64,000 nucleotides of DNA, taken from IMG/VR virus record IMGVR_UViG_3300024308_000302, positions 1-64,000 of that record, one strand, 5' to 3'. Positions 20,811-30,515 of this stretch are shown here, one piece after another (positions within the stretch are counted from its first letter, which is position 1; each line of letters opens with the position of its first letter). The notes below the pieces were generated by a model. The model saw only the letters and a program-made list of their open reading frames with translations. It searched no databases and was not told the origin of the DNA. A program made the translations under genes and the position numbers.

Positions 20811-21188
20811 TTAAACGTCTTCATCGTCGTCTTCATGAACTACAGGAATTTCTTTATAGGCATGAAGTTCTGAGTCATAAAACAAATCGTTCACAAAAGA
20901 CATAAAATATGAATCACAATGATCTAATGAGCTATAACCATAAGTAATGTTTACTTGAGAATGAAGCCCCATGGAGTAGCGACCACCTTTATAACCATCA
21001 AAAACTTTACCAACAGCATTCCGAGCATTATCAAGCATTGCCTGAACACTAATATTTGAATCAATGGCCACACCAAGCTCTGCTGGCTCTCCACGAAATG
21101 AAAAGAATTGACCAAGCCCAGAGGAAACAACTTTTTGAGGATCTGCTTTCTCAAGCAGAACGATAAGAGCACCAAGAGAAATCGTCAT
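20811..21188 (-). CDS. hypothetical phage protein
   Basis: SFRG.PAEL...F.GYKGG.Y.M motif, typical of phage hypotheticals. Confidence 0.75.
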   Translation of the reverse strand: MTISLGALIVLLEKADPQKVVSSGLGQFFSFRGEPAELGVAIDSNISVQAMLDNARNAVGKVFDGYKGGRYSMGLHSQVNITYGYSSLDHCDSYFMSFVNDLFYDSELHAYKEIPVVHEDDDEDV

Positions 21189-21253
21189 ATATAACAGTCC
21201 TATATAAATTATCTGAAAAGTATATTACATTTCACATATAATAGCAACTGTTA

Positions 21254-21481
21254 TTAAGCGAAATGGTCTTGAAGATCAGTTGTTTTAACCCAATATTGAT
21301 TACCACTTTTAGTAGTGACCAATTGCATACTAAAACGAACAGTTACACTTAACTCACAAGTTTTTGCTTCATGGGAAATGAATTCAACAGAATTCACAGC
21401 AATCTTGCCAATAGTTTTAAGTTGTTTAATGTCATTACTGCCAGATATATCGTAGGCAGGAATAGTTTTAATTCGTTCCAT
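21254..21481 (-). CDS. small hypothetical protein
   Basis: GAGG SD; in an operon with tdk copy 2. Confidence 0.7.
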   Translation of the reverse strand: MERIKTIPAYDISGSNDIKQLKTIGKIAVNSVEFISHEAKTCELSVTVRFSMQLVTTKSGNQYWVKTTDLQDHFA

Positions 21482-21506
21482 AACAAAACCTCAATGAAAA
21501 ATATTT

Positions 21507-21749
21507 TTAATAGTTTTGGTCACTGTGACCAATAGAATAAACAGTATAATCAGCATCACTTGCTTCTTCAACCAGAAGCACAGGGCCGGGCATGGAAATA
21601 TCAGCAAAATGACCTTGAGCATAGTGCCCTTCCTGAGTAATGCACAGCTTAGAACCTGCTGGAAGTGCTTGCAGTGCTTTAATCATGTCCTCAACATCGA
21701 TCATGTGATGAACAGTTTGTTGAATATCATCAACTTTAATATCTTGCAT
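21507..21749 (-). CDS. small acidic hypothetical protein
   Basis: start at MQDIKV (GAGGA SD). Confidence 0.7.
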   Translation of the reverse strand: MQDIKVDDIQQTVHHMIDVEDMIKALQALPAGSKLCITQEGHYAQGHFADISMPGPVLLVEEASDADYTVYSIGHSDQNY

Positions 21750-21777
21750 GATAAATCCTCTAATTTGTATTTTGGTA

Positions 21778-22371
21778 TTAAACTGGTTTTTGAATTTGGC
21801 CAAGTTTCCAATGCTTGCGGCAAACAGAAATGTATTTACCTTCTGCACCAACTTCAACATCACCACCATCACGGATAACTTCGCCAGTGGCAGAATTGTA
21901 TTTCAAGTTCATGGTTGCATCACAGCCACACCAGCAAACTTGTGGAAGTTGTTCGATTTTGTCAGCGAGTTCCATCAAACGTTTGGATGCCTCGAAAAGT
22001 TCACCTTTGAAGGTGCTGCGAAGGCCATAAGCAATTACAGGGATATTGAAAGAGTCTACGATTTCAGAGAGTTGTTCGATTTGCTCAACCGAATAAAACT
22101 GTACTTCATCGCAGAAAACACAAGCAATATCGTCGCCATTTGCTACTTTAGCGGCAATGATTTCAAGCAGGTTAACAGATTCATTAACCGAAATGCTTGG
22201 AGCTTGAAGGCCAAGACGGGAAGCAATCACGCCCTCACCAAAACGGGTATCAAGCGAGTGAGAGAACAGCACAGTGCCACGGCCTTTTTTTACATAGTTG
22301 TCATTTGCAACGAGAAGGCTAAGGCTCTTGCCTGCGTTCATTACTGCGTGACGGAAGTAAAGTTTGCTCAT
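21778..22371 (-). CDS. tdk: thymidine kinase (TK1 family), copy 2
   Basis: MNAGKS, CDEVQF, YGLRSTF, CWCG...CRKH. Confidence 0.95.
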   Translation of the reverse strand: MSKLYFRHAVMNAGKSLSLLVANDNYVKKGRGTVLFSHSLDTRFGEGVIASRLGLQAPSISVNESVNLLEIIAAKVANGDDIACVFCDEVQFYSVEQIEQLSEIVDSFNIPVIAYGLRSTFKGELFEASKRLMELADKIEQLPQVCWCGCDATMNLKYNSATGEVIRDGGDVEVGAEGKYISVCRKHWKLGQIQKPV

Positions 22372-22564
22372 TGGTCTGTACCATTAACGTTTCGATGGAG
22401 TGATTATACTGTATTTATGGTGTGATGTAAACAAAAAAGCCTCAAAAGAGGCTAAAAATAATATTTATTTTCAAGCTTTCCAATGGTTGGAATCTTCCCA
22501 ATTTTCATTGTTACAACCAAGAAAAGCCATTGAAAACATCAGAATACAATAAACCATAGAAACC

Positions 22565-22819
22565 TCATTTTAGGATATTGTCGATATGTGCAATTTTTCG
22601 CTGATCAATTTTGAAAGCATGATCGCCCTCATCATTATCAAAATAACGGTTATTACTGAGATGGTTTCGGAAATCAAGAGCTACTTTTTTCAACTCTTTC
22701 ATCGCAGAAAGAAGATGTTGAACATCAGTTTCTGTATAAACCACAGTCGAACCAGCAGGCATAGTTTGCTGATTAGTGATTACAGTCAGCGAGTCTGGAG
22801 CAGCGATAAAACGTTTCAT
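22565..22819 (-). CDS. hypothetical protein
   Basis: ORF in cassette. Confidence 0.7.
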   Translation of the reverse strand: MKRFIAAPDSLTVITNQQTMPAGSTVVYTETDVQHLLSAMKELKKVALDFRNHLSNNRYFDNDEGDHAFKIDQRKIAHIDNILK

Positions 22820-23008
22820 AAAGCACCATGTCTTTTGGATTAGGTGAATTATAGCAAGGACGAAGGTTCAAGGCAAGAAAAATCTTTTATATGAAAAAAC
22901 ATATTATATAATATTTTTTAATTATAAAAGAAAAATTAATATATCAAAGATGATTTGCAATTATATATAGATATATTAATGTAGAATTAAGAAACATTAT
23001 ATTAAAAT

Positions 23009-23392
23009 ATGAGAATAATAAAAAAAATAAGTACGATATGTATGGTAAGTCTATTTAGTACCTTCACAATGGCAAGTTATCAAGTAATAATTGGAAGTCC
23101 ATCAATACAAGGTGACAATATAAACTTTGTAAGCAATACAAAACCAGTTGAACCAGAAGTTCCACCAGCACCAGTTGAAGAATGTCCAACAGACTTCCAG
23201 ACAAGTAGATGGGTTGCAGGTACACCGGAATTAGCAATGTTTTATGTAATTTGGGATGGTGTTAAATTGATAGAAACAGGTGAATATTCTATTACAGAAA
23301 AAGTAATAGGTGATTATAAATATACCAAAAAGAATCAAGTTTCAAACTATGGTTATTACACATTTAGTTTAGTATGCAGAATTAAAATATAA
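23009..23392 (+). CDS. exported protein with YQVIIG motif and Pro/Glu linker
   Basis: signal peptide; N-terminus matches 56005-56766. Confidence 0.75.
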   Translation: MRIIKKISTICMVSLFSTFTMASYQVIIGSPSIQGDNINFVSNTKPVEPEVPPAPVEECPTDFQTSRWVAGTPELAMFYVIWDGVKLIETGEYSITEKVIGDYKYTKKNQVSNYGYYTFSLVCRIKI

Positions 23393-23413
23393 AAAAAGCC
23401 TTCCAAAGGGCTT

Positions 23414-23677
23414 TTAAAATACTCTTTTGATAGAGTAAAAAGATATGTAGTAAATCAATGTAATGACAAGTAAAACAGGCCAGAGTGGAATACAAACTAT
23501 GATACAAGAGATATAATAGTTGATTCCGATTTTACGACACAAGCCGCGAAGGGCATAGTAGTAAAAAGGTGGTTTTTCGTCATCATCATCACCATCATAG
23601 GCGTAAGCTGCTGCCGCAATAAAACCAATCGACATATAAAGAACTACTGCAATGAACAATCCGAAAACGGTAAGCAT
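23414..23677 (-). CDS. membrane protein
   Basis: start at MLTVFG (GGAG SD); 2-3 TM segments. Confidence 0.7.
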   Translation of the reverse strand: MLTVFGLFIAVVLYMSIGFIAAAAYAYDGDDDDEKPPFYYYALRGLCRKIGINYYISCIIVCIPLWPVLLVITLIYYISFYSIKRVF

Positions 23678-23779
23678 TGGAGTGATCTCGTTTGTATTTG
23701 ATGATTCATTATAACACAAACCTAATATTAATAAAACAAAAAAGGTGGCATAAGCCACCCTTTATCTATAGCTATTGCT

Positions 23780-24649
23780 TCATTTTACATCAAAAACAAC
23801 TTCGCGGCCTTTAATGATTTCTTTATACTGTTTGTCACTATCAGGAATGAAGTAAGCAGTGCGTTTATCACCTTTAACAATGCTTTTCAGGGTTTCTACC
23901 ACAATCACCCCATTAACAACACCTTGGATGCTATACAGGCCGTCAGCGAAGGAATTAACGTCCTTGGTCAGAACAACAGTCGAATCAAGGCCATTCACTT
24001 TGGATTTGAAGACTTTTTTAGACTTATCTTCTTTGCCAACATGGAATGCAACAATTCGATTTGCAGTCATATCAACTGATTTAATCTGAATTGTACCCGA
24101 TACTTCAAAATAAGTACCATCCACAACAACAGCTTTAACTTCTTTGATGTTCTTTTTGTCTACATTTACAAACTGAGCTTCGGTCTTGCTCTTGTAGTAG
24201 CTGGTCACGCCATCAACTACAACTTTGAAGACAGGAACAATAGGACTACGATTCAGTCGAGTATCAACAACAGTAGCAGACGGATTCAAAACAGCCCGGA
24301 AAGTCTCATATTCCTGTTTAGGCTTTTCTGCCAGAAGATTATTAGGCAGAACATAAACGTTTACAGTAATCCAACCTTTTTCTTTCTGAGTGGTGTACAG
24401 AACTTCAAAATCATTAACGTTATATTCAGCAATGGTGGATTTCCACTCTACCTGCTTAATATCGAAGCCAACTTTTACGTTTGAAAATGACTTTTTGGAA
24501 AAGATTTGCTCCGCCGCAGTCAGGCGGTTCGATCTTTGGAAGCCCCGGAAAAATTGATTAATGTTGTAGAACGGAGCACCATTACGGCCACTGATAATAC
24601 GCAGAGTTGCAACAACGTGTGGGCGACGATTACCATTGAGAGTGAACAT
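23780..24649 (-). CDS. hypothetical Val/Lys-rich protein
   Basis: 289-aa ORF with GAGG SD. Confidence 0.8.
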   Translation of the reverse strand: MFTLNGNRRPHVVATLRIISGRNGAPFYNINQFFRGFQRSNRLTAAEQIFSKKSFSNVKVGFDIKQVEWKSTIAEYNVNDFEVLYTTQKEKGWITVNVYVLPNNLLAEKPKQEYETFRAVLNPSATVVDTRLNRSPIVPVFKVVVDGVTSYYKSKTEAQFVNVDKKNIKEVKAVVVDGTYFEVSGTIQIKSVDMTANRIVAFHVGKEDKSKKVFKSKVNGLDSTVVLTKDVNSFADGLYSIQGVVNGVIVVETLKSIVKGDKRTAYFIPDSDKQYKEIIKGREVVFDVK

Positions 24650-24718
24650 GTAAAATCCTCATTGATTTAAGATGAGGCCATTATATCAACAAATGGCCTA
24701 CATGGCAACAAATAAAAC

Positions 24719-25135
24719 TTAGTTTTCTTGATGAACGTAATTGCTCCAATCGGCTGGGGTTAGTGGGCGAAGGCCATGCTTTGCACGGGCTTTGTCACAA
24801 CGCTCATTTTTTTCACCAAACTGGTAGGAACCGGGGAAGTTATCTCGGCAAGTAGAAGAACGAGTGCTGTATGCCCCACAGAAAGCCGATTCACCAATTT
24901 TCCCTTGCAGGTTGATGCAATAAGGAGAAGTTGCACTATCAGTACCTTTCATTGCTACACGATGGGGGGTCACTTGGACAACGCTATCATCAGGTACAGT
25001 ACCACCAGCGGAAGCACATTCCATCCAGTGGAAAGTCGCTCGGAAATAGGCACAGCAAGCACCACAACCAACACAAGGGTTATGCTCTTGGCCAACTGGT
25101 ACAACAACTTTATCACTGGCAATAATTTCGGTCAT
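24719..25135 (-). CDS. YkgJ-family cysteine-cluster (CxxCxxCC) protein
   Basis: CVGCGACCAYF, C..L.G......C..Y..R...CR. Confidence 0.85.
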   Translation of the reverse strand: MTEIIASDKVVVPVGQEHNPCVGCGACCAYFRATFHWMECASAGGTVPDDSVVQVTPHRVAMKGTDSATSPYCINLQGKIGESAFCGAYSTRSSTCRDNFPGSYQFGEKNERCDKARAKHGLRPLTPADWSNYVHQEN

Positions 25136-25218
25136 GATCGATCTCTTATGTTTGAGTCGCTATTTTAACAAATCTTAAAAATGATGTAAACAAAAAAAGG
25201 CCCTTTCGGGCCTTTTTT

Positions 25219-25620
25219 TTAGATGATCCTGCTACTGTTAACGAAGAAGCCAGTAAAGTGAAGTTCTCGGATTTTATCCTGAAAATCCTGAACAAGAGCA
25301 GCATTGTCACTGCCCATTTGAGTGAACCAAACCAGAGATTTTTCGTGCTCAACAATCATTTCATTGAGAGCTTTATTAACCCAAGAAAGCTCAAATACAC
25401 TCAAAGAGATTTCCATGGTAGGGTCCATTTCAACCTGACTGAAGTAGGATACCAGATTGTCCATGCGGTCAACCACCATACCATGCTCTTGAATCAGATG
25501 CTCAACATTAGAAGTCTTTGCAACAGACTTCAAGCGGACAAGGTAAGTGTTCAGGTTGTGAACAGCAGAAACCAAAGCATTAACAACGTTGGTGGCATGC
25601 TGAGCTACGGTGTATTCCAT
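25219..25620 (-). CDS. hypothetical helical protein
   Basis: start at MEYTVA; carries the leader motif. Confidence 0.7.
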   Translation of the reverse strand: MEYTVAQHATNVVNALVSAVHNLNTYLVRLKSVAKTSNVEHLIQEHGMVVDRMDNLVSYFSQVEMDPTMEISLSVFELSWVNKALNEMIVEHEKSLVWFTQMGSDNAALVQDFQDKIRELHFTGFFVNSSRII

Positions 25621-25776
25621 GATGAGATTCCTTGTATTGTCTCGTTTTGATGAGCAAAGTATAGCAAAATCAATATTTATGGTCAACTTATTTTTTTTCC
25701 ATATTTTGAAAAAATGAGTAGTAAAAATAAGCTTTTTAAGTTATAATGCTTTCACATCATAAAGAGGTGTTTTACA

Positions 25777-26214
25777 ATGAGCAAGCTGATTTCCATTACT
25801 CAAGAAATGCTGGCCACTTTTGAGAAAGGCAAGGTGATCGATCAATATGGCATGTACAACAATGTCATTTTTAACTGTGTCGATGGTGATAATGTAATCA
25901 TCAATGATCAAGATGGCAATAAAAAGACGGTTTCTGTACGTCTCTTTTGCAAATATGGAAAAATGGTTTCAAACGAACCAAAAAAAACGGCTGCAAGAAA
26001 GAAAAAGTCGGCCAAAGAAAAACTGGTAGCAGTAACTGCTGAAATGTTGAATGCCTTTGAAAAAGGTCAAATCATCAACAGGTATTCGTTCTTCACTGAT
26101 GTTGTATTTGACAGAATTGAAGATGGTAAAGTGGTATTGATTGATTCCAAAGGCACTGAGAAAAAAGATCCTGTATGGCTTTTCCTTAAATATGCACAAT
26201 TAAAAGCTGATTGA
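25777..26214 (+). CDS. protein with two tandem copies of an approximately 60-aa domain joined by a Lys-rich linker
   Basis: EMLATFEKG..I..Y....V.F...FxKY repeated; GAGGTG SD. Confidence 0.8.
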   Translation: MSKLISITQEMLATFEKGKVIDQYGMYNNVIFNCVDGDNVIINDQDGNKKTVSVRLFCKYGKMVSNEPKKTAARKKKSAKEKLVAVTAEMLNAFEKGQIINRYSFFTDVVFDRIEDGKVVLIDSKGTEKKDPVWLFLKYAQLKAD

Positions 26215-26269
26215 ATTTAGTTTAATACAAAATAAAGCCCACTGATGTGGGCTTTTTTAATGTCTGGAA

Positions 26270-26536
26270 TTATTTAAATCCAATAGATTTTAGATAATCT
26301 GATTTATTTTCATTGGATAAGTAATTCAAGTTATCAACAGATAATGGAAGCATATAATAATCAACTTTGCGATTTCGTGCAATGATACTAAGCATGCCAG
26401 ATGATCTATTTGTGGGAATAACTCCACACTTACGTTTTTTTATTTTGCGATTAATAAAGAAACGCTCAATAAAGTTAGCCCTAACAATAGCTATAGAAAA
26501 GCCTTTATTTTTGTAAGGGATTCTAATTATTTGCAC
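26270..26536 (-). CDS. hypothetical basic protein
   Basis: in an operon with 26548 and 26936. Confidence 0.65.
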   Translation of the reverse strand: MQIIRIPYKNKGFSIAIVRANFIERFFINRKIKKRKCGVIPTNRSSGMLSIIARNRKVDYYMLPLSVDNLNYLSNENKSDYLKSIGFK

Positions 26537-26547
26537 AAATATGACCT

Positions 26548-26928
26548 TTATTTGATAAGAACAAGTGGAAGTGTTACAAGTCCACGATGTTTGAAACTAA
26601 CAGATTGATTGCGTTGGTAAACATCTTTAAGCATCAGTCTTTTTTTCTTAGTGTCAGTTTGTTTTTCAATCAAAGTAAAATCCCAGCGAGCAACTGGAAC
26701 AATAACTTCATGAATTTCATATAACTTAGGAGCGTGTTTTAGAACTGGAATTGGTTTTGCGATAAACATTTTATCACCAACTTTCAAATCATCTGAATGA
26801 TAATCACGAACTTCAAAACGTTGGCCATTATCACCAGTGAAAATAGTGCCAAAGACACGAGTAGGAGTGTCAATAGTTGCAATGCAAACTTTGCGAACAT
26901 ATTTAGCCAAAGTGTCATTATAATTCAT
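26548..26928 (-). CDS. hypothetical protein
   Basis: GAGG SD. Confidence 0.7.
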   Translation of the reverse strand: MNYNDTLAKYVRKVCIATIDTPTRVFGTIFTGDNGQRFEVRDYHSDDLKVGDKMFIAKPIPVLKHAPKLYEIHEVIVPVARWDFTLIEKQTDTKKKRLMLKDVYQRNQSVSFKHRGLVTLPLVLIK

Positions 26929-26935
26929 AAATACC

Positions 26936-27346
26936 TCACAAGTAATTAGTTAAAGATTCTTCTTTGACTTTAACAGCAACACGACTATTAAAGACAAGTT
27001 GTCTCTTACCCATGCGAATTTCGCATTTAGGAACTCTGTAAGTGACCATTTTAACACCTTTGTCAGCAAATTGTCGTCGCCAGTAAGGGTTAAACACCCA
27101 ATGCTGATACTGTTCAACATCTTTAAAACCACAAATGAATTCATCCCAGTAGCTAAGATCTACACCAGTGTCCTTTGTAGGGTCAGGATGAACTGACGTA
27201 TCATTAAATTGCTTGGTAACTGTAAACCAAAGTGAGTCTTCTCGCAAAGCATATTTTTTACTGTGATAGATGCCAAAACCATCACTGGTTTCAAGCCTTA
27301 AGACTTCCATCATTGGTAGTGAATTTTCTACTATGCTTGACTTCAT
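26936..27346 (-). CDS. hypothetical phage protein
   Basis: HP.P..D...F.CGF motif; loosely similar to 41334. Confidence 0.7.
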   Translation of the reverse strand: MKSSIVENSLPMMEVLRLETSDGFGIYHSKKYALREDSLWFTVTKQFNDTSVHPDPTKDTGVDLSYWDEFICGFKDVEQYQHWVFNPYWRRQFADKGVKMVTYRVPKCEIRMGKRQLVFNSRVAVKVKEESLTNYL

Positions 27347-27428
27347 AATGGAGTTTCCAATTTAGGTTAGACGTATTATAGCAAAAAATAGAATTATGAT
27401 CAACAAAAAAGGAGCCGAAGCTCCGTTT

Positions 27429-28667
27429 TTATTTTAGTTGTAATGTAAAATTTTTAATAACAACATTATCACCATAATCTTTAGCAACAAGCTGTAAATT
27501 ATAGGTGCCAGCATAAGGATGGAAAGTGCTTGCAGATCTAGAAGAATTATTATTAATGACTATAGGATATGATTCAAGACCTCTAATTTCAAAACCTTTA
27601 ATTGGATCAGTACCAGTCCAAGCAAAATTCAAAGTGCCTTTATTAATACTTGCTGAATCTGAATAACCATTAACAGTGAATGTATTAACTTGTGTAGGTT
27701 CATAAACTACCACTCTAGTAGGCAAAGTAATTGGATTAGATGGAACATTACCGAACGAATATGCAACAGCTTGCCAATTAGTATAATCACCAACATTGTT
27801 AACAGGAAGATTATAATAGCCAGAATCAGCGTTTGGAACAGTTAATGTAATTACTGCTGGTCCATTAGGATCACTAAATGCTTTTGCAGTAATAACAAAT
27901 CTGTTAATATTTGTGCCTGACCAACTAAGGTTTAAAGTACCGCCCGCTGGTACTGCTGAACCACCAAATAGATCGCTTGTAGGAGGGTTATTAATAGCAA
28001 AGCCAGTATAAGTCATTTCACCTTTAACTGGAATATTTATGTCCGCTGTATCAAAAGCAGCACCATCAAGAGAATAAGCAGTAAGGCGATAAGAGATAAC
28101 ATCACCAACAACGAAACCGCCAGTGTTAGATAAATATGTACCACTTGGAGAAAGCTGACCTGATGGGCTGGATGCAGCACCAGAAGAGCCACCAGTATTA
28201 ACAGCAGATATCGTCACATAGGCAGCATTAGCAACATTCCAAGATAGGTTTACTTTACCACCCAAAAGGATACCACGCATATCAGATTCAAATGCTACAA
28301 TATCAACTGGTGGAACATCAACATTAATACTGAGAGTATCTGTTTGTTGCTTGCTTCTATTATTAGCAGTAACTAAGTAAGTTCTGGATTGAGTTGGACT
28401 TACATTAACTGAACCTGTATTAGATGTGAATGTACCAACATCTTGAATAGTGATAGATGTTATTTGTTCAAAGTTCCAAGAGATTACTGCAGATTCACCA
28501 TATTGAATAGAGTCTTTATTAATGGTTACAGTACCAACAACAGTTAAATCATCATCGTTCACATATGAAAAAACACTATCATCTAAAAAAAATTTAGCAC
28601 TGTAAGTTGCAGCCATTGGGCAACCAACGGAAAGAACTGCTATTGGAATTATAATTTTTTTTAACAT
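27429..28667 (-). CDS. exported protein with about four Ig/PKD-like beta-sandwich repeats
   Basis: signal peptide; repeated I..F...G..V.LSW motif; Ser/Thr/Gly-rich. Confidence 0.75.
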   Translation of the reverse strand: MLKKIIIPIAVLSVGCPMAATYSAKFFLDDSVFSYVNDDDLTVVGTVTINKDSIQYGESAVISWNFEQITSITIQDVGTFTSNTGSVNVSPTQSRTYLVTANNRSKQQTDTLSINVDVPPVDIVAFESDMRGILLGGKVNLSWNVANAAYVTISAVNTGGSSGAASSPSGQLSPSGTYLSNTGGFVVGDVISYRLTAYSLDGAAFDTADINIPVKGEMTYTGFAINNPPTSDLFGGSAVPAGGTLNLSWSGTNINRFVITAKAFSDPNGPAVITLTVPNADSGYYNLPVNNVGDYTNWQAVAYSFGNVPSNPITLPTRVVVYEPTQVNTFTVNGYSDSASINKGTLNFAWTGTDPIKGFEIRGLESYPIVINNNSSRSASTFHPYAGTYNLQLVAKDYGDNVVIKNFTLQLK

Positions 28668-28914
28668 AAATATCTCATAGTCTTTATAATATATATACCA
28701 TAATAACTATAAGATGGAATAGATAACTGGTTAATTTTTAATCTAAAATGATGAAGTGTCAATATTGAAAAATATATGAAAATTATGCTAATTAAAGTTA
28801 ACATAGAAAATAATGATAAAATTAATAATAAAAAACTCCAATTCAATGGAGTTTTAAGTGGATATATAAATTAAAATGAGCCAAATAATCAATATATTCG
28901 GCTCAAATGATAAA

Positions 28915-29160
28915 TTATTTGTAATAAAGTGATTTAAGTTCGTCTGAAATCAATGTATGGTTCTTGATATGTCGTGGAATAAGCACATAATTAAAACCTT
29001 CAAGAAAACCAATTTTTTGAACTAAACGAGGCATAAGATCAAGTGGAATCAGGCCAGAATTGCGGCGATACATCTTCAGATAAAGAAAAATAGATTCAAA
29101 AATATTGCCATTAACATAAGCATATCGACCTTGTTTAATTCGAACTCGACTGATTTTCAT
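28915..29160 (-). CDS. hypothetical protein
   Basis: 81-aa ORF. Confidence 0.6.
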   Translation of the reverse strand: MKISRVRIKQGRYAYVNGNIFESIFLYLKMYRRNSGLIPLDLMPRLVQKIGFLEGFNYVLIPRHIKNHTLISDELKSLYYK

Positions 29161-29282
29161 CTTATGGCCTTTTTAGTATACGCTTAATGTTGAGAATTAT
29201 ACCATAACAAGATCTAAAACAAAACATATATTATCAAAAACAAAAAGGCAGATTTTATCTGCCTTATGTATTTACACAATCC

Positions 29283-29471
29283 TTATTTCTGAACGATATA
29301 ACCTTGTTTTATGCCAATTACATGTGCCCAAGGAAACTCATCCAGTGCAGCCCTTTCAGCAGTAACCATGCCAATGGCATTCACATAAATAGCAAATTTC
29401 ATTGGTGAGTTATCATCTTGCATGAGGACTCGATAACTTTGAACTGGCAGATTCTTTTTTTCAGGAGACAT
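29283..29471 (-). CDS. small hypothetical protein
   Basis: AGGA SD. Confidence 0.65.
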   Translation of the reverse strand: MSPEKKNLPVQSYRVLMQDDNSPMKFAIYVNAIGMVTAERAALDEFPWAHVIGIKQGYIVQK

Positions 29472-29495
29472 AATTAATCCTATGTAAGTTAGGTG

Positions 29496-29675
29496 TTAGT
29501 CAGCCAATTCGGTTTTGAGACTAACACGGATGGAAACAATGCCTTCTTGGCGAGCAGTTTTGCGATTGGTGCGGTCAACCTGTTTGCGGCAATTCAGCAT
29601 TTTGCCGGATTTGTAGGTGCAGCAACCATATTTGCATTGCAGTTTGTCAGTACGGGAGTGGCCATAAGCTTTCAT
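29496..29675 (-). CDS. 59-aa basic Cys-containing peptide (MKAYGHSRTDKLQCKYGCC...)
   Basis: not in the ORF track; AAAGGA SD and own promoter; translated by hand. Confidence 0.75.
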   Translation of the reverse strand: MKAYGHSRTDKLQCKYGCCTYKSGKMLNCRKQVDRTNRKTARQEGIVSIRVSLKTELAD

Positions 29676-29751
29676 AAAAACATCCTTTATGTTTGACTGT
29701 GAGCATTATACAACACATTATCATGCTACACAATAGAAATTAAAAAAATAA

Positions 29752-30030
29752 TTAATGAAATTTCATTTTGTTGTAAGCTTTAAAATTCTTAATAGTAGAC
29801 AACAGTTTTTCTCGTCGCTCAGGCCCAGGTGCCATAGTTTCGACGACACGAAACGCTTGTTTCATGGACTCTTTAATTTCACGAGATTCAATAAAACCTT
29901 GAACGGTGTGGTTGAGTCTTACATACATTGAATATTTATGATAGAGAGCCGCAGCTTTTTTAAGCAGCTTTTCATCTGATGGTTTGAAAATAGATTGAAC
30001 AAATGTTTTAAAAGCAATGAAAATAGGCAT
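29752..30030 (-). CDS. hypothetical basic protein
   Basis: ORF in cassette. Confidence 0.7.
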   Translation of the reverse strand: MPIFIAFKTFVQSIFKPSDEKLLKKAAALYHKYSMYVRLNHTVQGFIESREIKESMKQAFRVVETMAPGPERREKLLSTIKNFKAYNKMKFH

Positions 30031-30094
30031 TGTGTTTATCCCTTAATTTGATGACCACTATATCACAAAAAGCTCTTAACACAAAGAAGAATTT

Positions 30095-30415
30095 TCAAAA
30101 CTTCGATTTTTCGATGGCTTTTTTAGATTTATATGTAGAATTCATAACAAATGGAAGCGAAAGTGCCAGAAAAGACATAAACAGATAGCACATATTAGCT
30201 TCATGTTTATAAAGCTGAGAACAACCACCCAGAACAAAAAGCATCACAACACAAACAATCAAAGTAATCACATTGATATCGTGGGATTCTTGAAGAGAAC
30301 TATCAAGTTGATTTGCTTTAATAGGAATGATAACACGGCTGTCAGTAACAGTCACAACAGGTGTGGAGATATCTTTCTCCAAATCAATCTTTTTAGTGGT
30401 GGTTGAAATTTGCAT
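30095..30415 (-). CDS. membrane protein (2 TM)
   Basis: start at MQISTT (AGGTG SD). Confidence 0.7.
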   Translation of the reverse strand: MQISTTTKKIDLEKDISTPVVTVTDSRVIIPIKANQLDSSLQESHDINVITLIVCVVMLFVLGGCSQLYKHEANMCYLFMSFLALSLPFVMNSTYKSKKAIEKSKF

Positions 30416-30515
30416 AGAAACACCTATTGTTGATAATGTGAAATTGTAGCACAAAAGGCAGAATAATCAAATAAAAAACCGCTTTCAAGCGGTATTTTTT
30501 GAAGAGTGTAGAAGG

